Part shown: one piece after another, positions 59,682 to 64,000 of the stretch | Position numbering within the stretch: the first letter of the stretch is position 1 | Layout: every line of letters starts with the position of its first letter | From: a bacterium | GTDB lineage: Bacteria; SAR324; NAC60-12 | DNA length: 64,000 nt | Direction: 5' to 3' | Assembly (NCBI GenBank): GCA_965209155.1 | Contig: OZ242383.1 | Span: forward strand, 3,232,001 to 3,296,000 | Position numbers and translations under genes: made by a program | Notes under the pieces: model-generated | Told to the model about the DNA's origin: nothing | The model's input: the letters and a program-made list of their open reading frames with translations, nothing else | Databases searched by the model: none

Positions 59682-61523
59682 ATGAGTATTATAAAAAAAC
59701 TTGTCGCCTCCTTCGTGGGGCTGAACCCGGCAGGCCCCAGGTCTGCCATGAAACTCCTCTCGGTGCTGCTGGCTTTCATTCTGGGCACAACCCTCTGGGT
59801 CGGCCCGACAGCCGCTGCGGAGAAGAAGTATGTGACGGATCCCACCACTGGAAAAGTAGTGAGTGCACCTGAATATGGCGGGACAATAACCCAGGCCCGG
59901 GCATACGATGCCGACTTTCGACCGGATCCATATATTGGCGGTCCTGTATCGTTAATAATCACCAGTGGCGTTAATGAGAAACTGGCCTTGGTGGACTGGG
60001 CAATAGATAGGGACATATATCCTTTTATGGGCGTCTACGTCGCGCCTGTATACGCCCTAAGGGGGGCGCTGGCTGAAAGCTGGGAACAGCCCGACGACAC
60101 AACCTATATCTTCCACATCCGCAAGGGCGTTCACTGGCATGATAAGCCACCGGTGAACGGGCGGGAGCTAACTGCCAAGGATGTAGAACATTCCTTTCAC
60201 CGCATGTTGGGAAATAAGTTGACAGGGACCGAGTTCAGTGAAGCCGAACCTTCCCCAGGGGGAGGTGACCTCGTAGCTTTGCCTTTCGAATCGGTAACGG
60301 CCACCGACAAATGGACGGTTGTTATGAAGCTGACGGAGCCAAACCTCGCTGCCCTGGACTATATCTTGGACTGGTACAGTATGGTTATACAGCCCCCCGA
60401 GGTAATCGAGCAATACGGTGACGATTGGGATTGGCAGAATGTGGTCGGCACCGGGCCCTTTATGATAACTGACTTGGTCCCGGGCAGCTCTATAACCTGG
60501 ACCAAGAATCCCAACTACTGGGGCTACGACGAAAAATACCCGGAGAACCGCCTGCCCTATATTGACAAGTTAGTGGCCCTGATTATGAAGGAAAAAGAAA
60601 CAGTTGTGGCGGCACTGCGCACGGCTAAGATCGATTTCGCAGGTCCGCAGGGCGCCTCTTATCTAAGAACTGTAGACCAGGCAGAGAGCCTCATGCGGAC
60701 CAACCCCGAACTGGTGGTGCACACGTGGTCAGAACGGTCGAATGCTAATGCTTGGCTTAACGTGAGCAAGCCGCCCTTTGACGACATCCGGGTGCGCTAC
60801 GCAATGCAGATGGCACTGGACCTCGAGACAATGAACAATACCTACTACAAGGGTTATGCAGATACGATACCTCGGGGGCGAGTAGGCAGGGAACTCAAGG
60901 GGTATACGATCCCATTTGAAGAGTGGCCCGAAGAAATCAAGCAATACCACAGGTATGACCCGGAACGGGCCAATAAGCTCCTTGATGAGGCTGGATATCC
61001 GCGCGGCGCGGACGGCATTAGATTCAAGACCACGTACATGCACCACCAGGCGTATGATTTGGGCTGGGCAGAATTAACGGCAGCATACTGGCGTGACATT
61101 GGCGTTGATGTGGATATTGAGGTAGAGATGGCTGCGGATTATGTCGCTAGACAGACAACTGGAGATTTTGGTGTGTCTGTGACAGAAGGGGGCTCCAAGG
61201 CTTGTCCATCCTGTGTAATGATTTATTTTTGGAGCGGCTGGGATAGGAACGCCGTAGTCCGCGACGCTCAATATGACGCCTGGTATGAAGCCATGCAAGC
61301 TGCTACCACCATGGAGGAGCAGCAGAGGCTGATTAAACAGATGGACATGCGCTCCATAGAACAGTTCTGGGCCCTCTGGGGGCCTTTGGCCCCGTCGTTT
61401 ACCTTCCACCAGCCGTGGGTGATAGGTTATAACGCCGAAGCCGGCTTTGGAGGACGGCAATTAAATGTTGTCTTCTCCCGCCTGTGGATTGATAGTGAGC
61501 TGAAGGAGGCAATGGGTTATTAG
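59682..61523 (+). CDS. ABC transporter substrate-binding protein, family 5
   Basis: Paralog of 54354; start MSIIKK after AGAGG. Confidence 0.9.
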   Translation: MSIIKKLVASFVGLNPAGPRSAMKLLSVLLAFILGTTLWVGPTAAAEKKYVTDPTTGKVVSAPEYGGTITQARAYDADFRPDPYIGGPVSLIITSGVNEKLALVDWAIDRDIYPFMGVYVAPVYALRGALAESWEQPDDTTYIFHIRKGVHWHDKPPVNGRELTAKDVEHSFHRMLGNKLTGTEFSEAEPSPGGGDLVALPFESVTATDKWTVVMKLTEPNLAALDYILDWYSMVIQPPEVIEQYGDDWDWQNVVGTGPFMITDLVPGSSITWTKNPNYWGYDEKYPENRLPYIDKLVALIMKEKETVVAALRTAKIDFAGPQGASYLRTVDQAESLMRTNPELVVHTWSERSNANAWLNVSKPPFDDIRVRYAMQMALDLETMNNTYYKGYADTIPRGRVGRELKGYTIPFEEWPEEIKQYHRYDPERANKLLDEAGYPRGADGIRFKTTYMHHQAYDLGWAELTAAYWRDIGVDVDIEVEMAADYVARQTTGDFGVSVTEGGSKACPSCVMIYFWSGWDRNAVVRDAQYDAWYEAMQAATTMEEQQRLIKQMDMRSIEQFWALWGPLAPSFTFHQPWVIGYNAEAGFGGRQLNVVFSRLWIDSELKEAMGY

Positions 61524-61562
61524 GGGTTTCACGCTTTGTGGCTGACCTTAGGGAAGGAAAAA

Positions 61563-61594
61563 GGGAGCTGGGAGGCTTGAGCCTCCCAGCTCCC
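61563..61594. terminator. Perfect 14-bp GC-rich stem-loop
   Basis: GGGAGCTGGGAGGC-TTGA-GCCTCCCAGCTCCC; no U-tract. Confidence 0.5.
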
Positions 61595-61603
61595 CCACAC
61601 GAT

Positions 61604-62220
61604 GTCATTGCGGGGCGCGCTTTCTTACTGTCATTGCGAGGCGCGCTTCCCAGAAGGACGACGAAGCAATCTCCTCCTTCTCCCCCGTCATTCCGGCGGA
61701 AGCCGGAATCCAGAAGGTTGGCGAAGTCAGGCGAACAATGGATTTCCTCCGTAAGCCTTCGGTGAGGCGACCGTTCTGCATTGGGGTTAAGGTTATGCAG
61801 ACCCGAAAGTTGTACTGTGCAGATTAGAACCAGAGATGAAGCTGCCCTGTGTCTACATTCTTGCCAGCAAGCGCAATGGCACGCTGTATCTCGGGGTGAC
61901 ATCGAATCTCGTGCAGCGGATCTGGCAGCACAAGAACGACTTCGTGGAGGGATTCAAAAAGCGTTACGGTGTACACACGCTCGTCTGGTTTGAGGGTCAT
62001 GAATCAATGGAGAGCGCTATCGCACGCGAGAAGGCGATCAAGGAATGGAAGCGAGTGTGGAAGGTTGAGTTGATTGAGAATGGTAATCCGACTTGGCGGG
62101 ACTTGAATGATGAGATTGCCTAAGTGGATTCGGGCTTTCGCCGGAATGACGAATAAGGGGGCGACGGGATTGCCACGCCTTCGGCTTGTCCTGAACGAAG
62201 TTATGGGGCTCGCAATGACA
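61604..62220. mobile_element. REP-flanked GIY-YIG nuclease unit
   Basis: GTCATTGCGAG..GAAGCAATCTC and GTCATTCCGGCGGAAGCCGGAATCCAG on the left; inverse counterparts at 62125-62150 and 62166-62220. Confidence 0.75.
61836..62123 (+). CDS. GIY-YIG nuclease (YhbQ-like)
   Basis: VYILAS..NGTLYLGVTSNL..RIWQH, AIAREK..K.W.R.WK, NPTW.DL. Confidence 0.92.
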   Translation: MKLPCVYILASKRNGTLYLGVTSNLVQRIWQHKNDFVEGFKKRYGVHTLVWFEGHESMESAIAREKAIKEWKRVWKVELIENGNPTWRDLNDEIA

Positions 62221-62246
62221 GGGGAAATGGCAATGAGGAGTGTCAC

Positions 62247-63245
62247 ATGAGAGCCTATATCATCAGGCGGTTATTGCTGATAATCCCCACCCTGTTTATA
62301 TTGAGCATCCTGGTCTTTCTCTCCGTCCGCTTCATCCCCAGCGATGTAATAGACGTAATGCAAGCGGGGATGGAAGGCCAGCTTATCGAGATAGACCGTG
62401 AAGCTATGGAGCGTATGCTGGGATTAGACGTGCCTGTCCACGTGGCGTATGGACGCTGGATAGGAGTGTTGCCGACCCCTGATTGGGTTACCGGTGAGTC
62501 CCACTTCAAAGGTCTCCTCCAGGGCACCCTTGGCGAATCACTGATGGGCGGTTGGTCGATAGAGGAGCAGATAATAGGTAGATTGCCAGTAACCATTGAG
62601 CTTGGTTTCCTGGCAATCGTAATCGGGCTAGTGATAGCCCTGCCAGTCGGCATCTACTCGGCGATTCGCCAGGATACGGTCGCCGATTACGCTGGGCGCT
62701 CCATCGCCATCATCGGCCTGGCAACGCCTAACTTCTGGCTGGCACTTATGGTCATGATCTTTCCGGCAATCTGGTGGGGCTGGTCGCCACCGATGCAGCT
62801 GATTCCTTTCACCGAAGACCCGCTAGGGAATCTCGGGATGTTCCTCATTCCCAGCCTGATTCTGGGAACGGCCTCGGCGGCCGCCACCATGCGGATGATG
62901 CGCACCATGATGCTGGAGGTGCTGAGGCAGGACTATATCCGGACCGCCTGGTCCAAGGGACTCCGGGAGAGGGTCGTGATTATCCGGCACACTATCAAGA
63001 ATGCCCTCATCCCGGTAGTTACCCTGATCGGCCTGCAGTTGCCGATCCTGGTAGGTGGCGCCGTTATCATGGAGAACATATTTAACCTGCCGGGGATAGG
63101 TCGTCTCATGGTGACTGCCCTCAATCAGAGAGACTACCCGGTGGTCTCCGGAGTAAACCTGGTTTTCGCCACCATGGTTGTAGGGGTCAATCTAATGATA
63201 GACCTGATTTATCCTTATTTGGACCCGAGGGTGAGGTATGAGTGA
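62247..63245 (+). CDS. ABC permease (DppB/OppB-like)
   Basis: Paralog of 56187. Confidence 0.92.
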   Translation: MRAYIIRRLLLIIPTLFILSILVFLSVRFIPSDVIDVMQAGMEGQLIEIDREAMERMLGLDVPVHVAYGRWIGVLPTPDWVTGESHFKGLLQGTLGESLMGGWSIEEQIIGRLPVTIELGFLAIVIGLVIALPVGIYSAIRQDTVADYAGRSIAIIGLATPNFWLALMVMIFPAIWWGWSPPMQLIPFTEDPLGNLGMFLIPSLILGTASAAATMRMMRTMMLEVLRQDYIRTAWSKGLRERVVIIRHTIKNALIPVVTLIGLQLPILVGGAVIMENIFNLPGIGRLMVTALNQRDYPVVSGVNLVFATMVVGVNLMIDLIYPYLDPRVRYE

Positions 63246-64000
63246 GAACCCCTCCCCCATTCGTGAGCCCAAACGACGGGGCCGGCTGGCTGATTTCTTT
63301 ATCAGGCTATGGAAGGAGAAGCCCCTGGGCACTGCCTGTGGGATGATCATCTTGCTCTTGATTTTTGTCGCTATCTTTGCCGATGTTTTAGCTCCCTATG
63401 GATATAGTGAGCGACACCTGGCAGACAGGCTGACTGGCCCATCAGCCCGGTATCTCTTGGGTACCGACCACTTGGGGCGAGACTTCTTGAGCCGCATTAT
63501 CTACGGGGCTCGCATTTCGTTACTCGTCGGCCTGGCCGCGACTGCACTCAATGTTGTCGTTGCTGTCTTGATCGGCGGTATTTCAGGATTCTTCGGGGGG
63601 AAAGTGGACCTGGCGGTGCAGCGCTTTGTCGATGCCTGGATGGCCTTTCCGGGACTGCTGCTTTTGTTAACCATTATGTCTATCGTGGGACAGGGGCTCC
63701 TCCAGATCATCGTGATCCTGGGGATCGCCGGAGGTATCGGCGGTTCAAGAGTCATCCGAAGCGCCGTGATTGGTGTCAAAGAGAATGACTATTTTCTGGC
63801 AGCCAGGGCTGTGGGCACCCCCACGAGCCAAATCCTCTTACGCCATGTCCTGCCCAATATTATGGCGACTGTCATCATCATCTTCAGCATCAACATCGGG
63901 GGGGTGATTATGGCTGAAGCTTCCCTGAGCTTCCTCGGATTCGGACTACCCATCAACATTCCTAGCTGGGGAGGTCTGCTCAGCCGGGAAGGGCGTCAGT
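63238..64000 (+). CDS. ABC permease (DppC/OppC-like), partial
   Basis: Manual translation: LGTDHLGRDFLSRIIYGAR, RHVLPN, EASLSFLG; runs off window end. Confidence 0.9.
   Translation, partial: MSENPSPIREPKRRGRLADFFIRLWKEKPLGTACGMIILLLIFVAIFADVLAPYGYSERHLADRLTGPSARYLLGTDHLGRDFLSRIIYGARISLLVGLAATALNVVVAVLIGGISGFFGGKVDLAVQRFVDAWMAFPGLLLLLTIMSIVGQGLLQIIVILGIAGGIGGSRVIRSAVIGVKENDYFLAARAVGTPTSQILLRHVLPNIMATVIIIFSINIGGVIMAEASLSFLGFGLPINIPSWGGLLSREGRQ

Overview
Bacterial chromosomal window, mostly AT-leaning housekeeping DNA with GC-richer ABC-transporter blocks; gene content is compatible with a marine SAR324-like lineage, which is inference only. Core content: NAD kinase, eukaryote-type glutathione synthetase, AmtB, a partner-switching (STAS/PP2C/RsbW) plus histidine kinase cluster, a form II coxSLM-DE operon, a TRAP transporter, fused indolepyruvate oxidoreductase, selU, era, anmK, gloB and three family-5 ABC substrate-binding proteins. 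The most striking feature is a ~567-bp element present five times (6596, 25241, 41627, 43141, 51636). It has IS200-like hairpin ends but no transposase. Instead it carries a four-helix-bundle (IVP/bAvd-like) gene enclosed by inverted CGTGCT hexamer arrays. One copy splits a hicA gene with no target duplication, and one has two left ends. The 49-59 kb accessory region has attC-like sites bounding toxin-antitoxin-type cassettes with no integrase in the window, a RAYT remnant, Rpn genes and a split duplicate of an ECF sigma gene. A REP-flanked GIY-YIG gene is inserted in an ABC operon whose paralogous empty site is also in the window. No rRNA, tRNA or CRISPR array was recognised.
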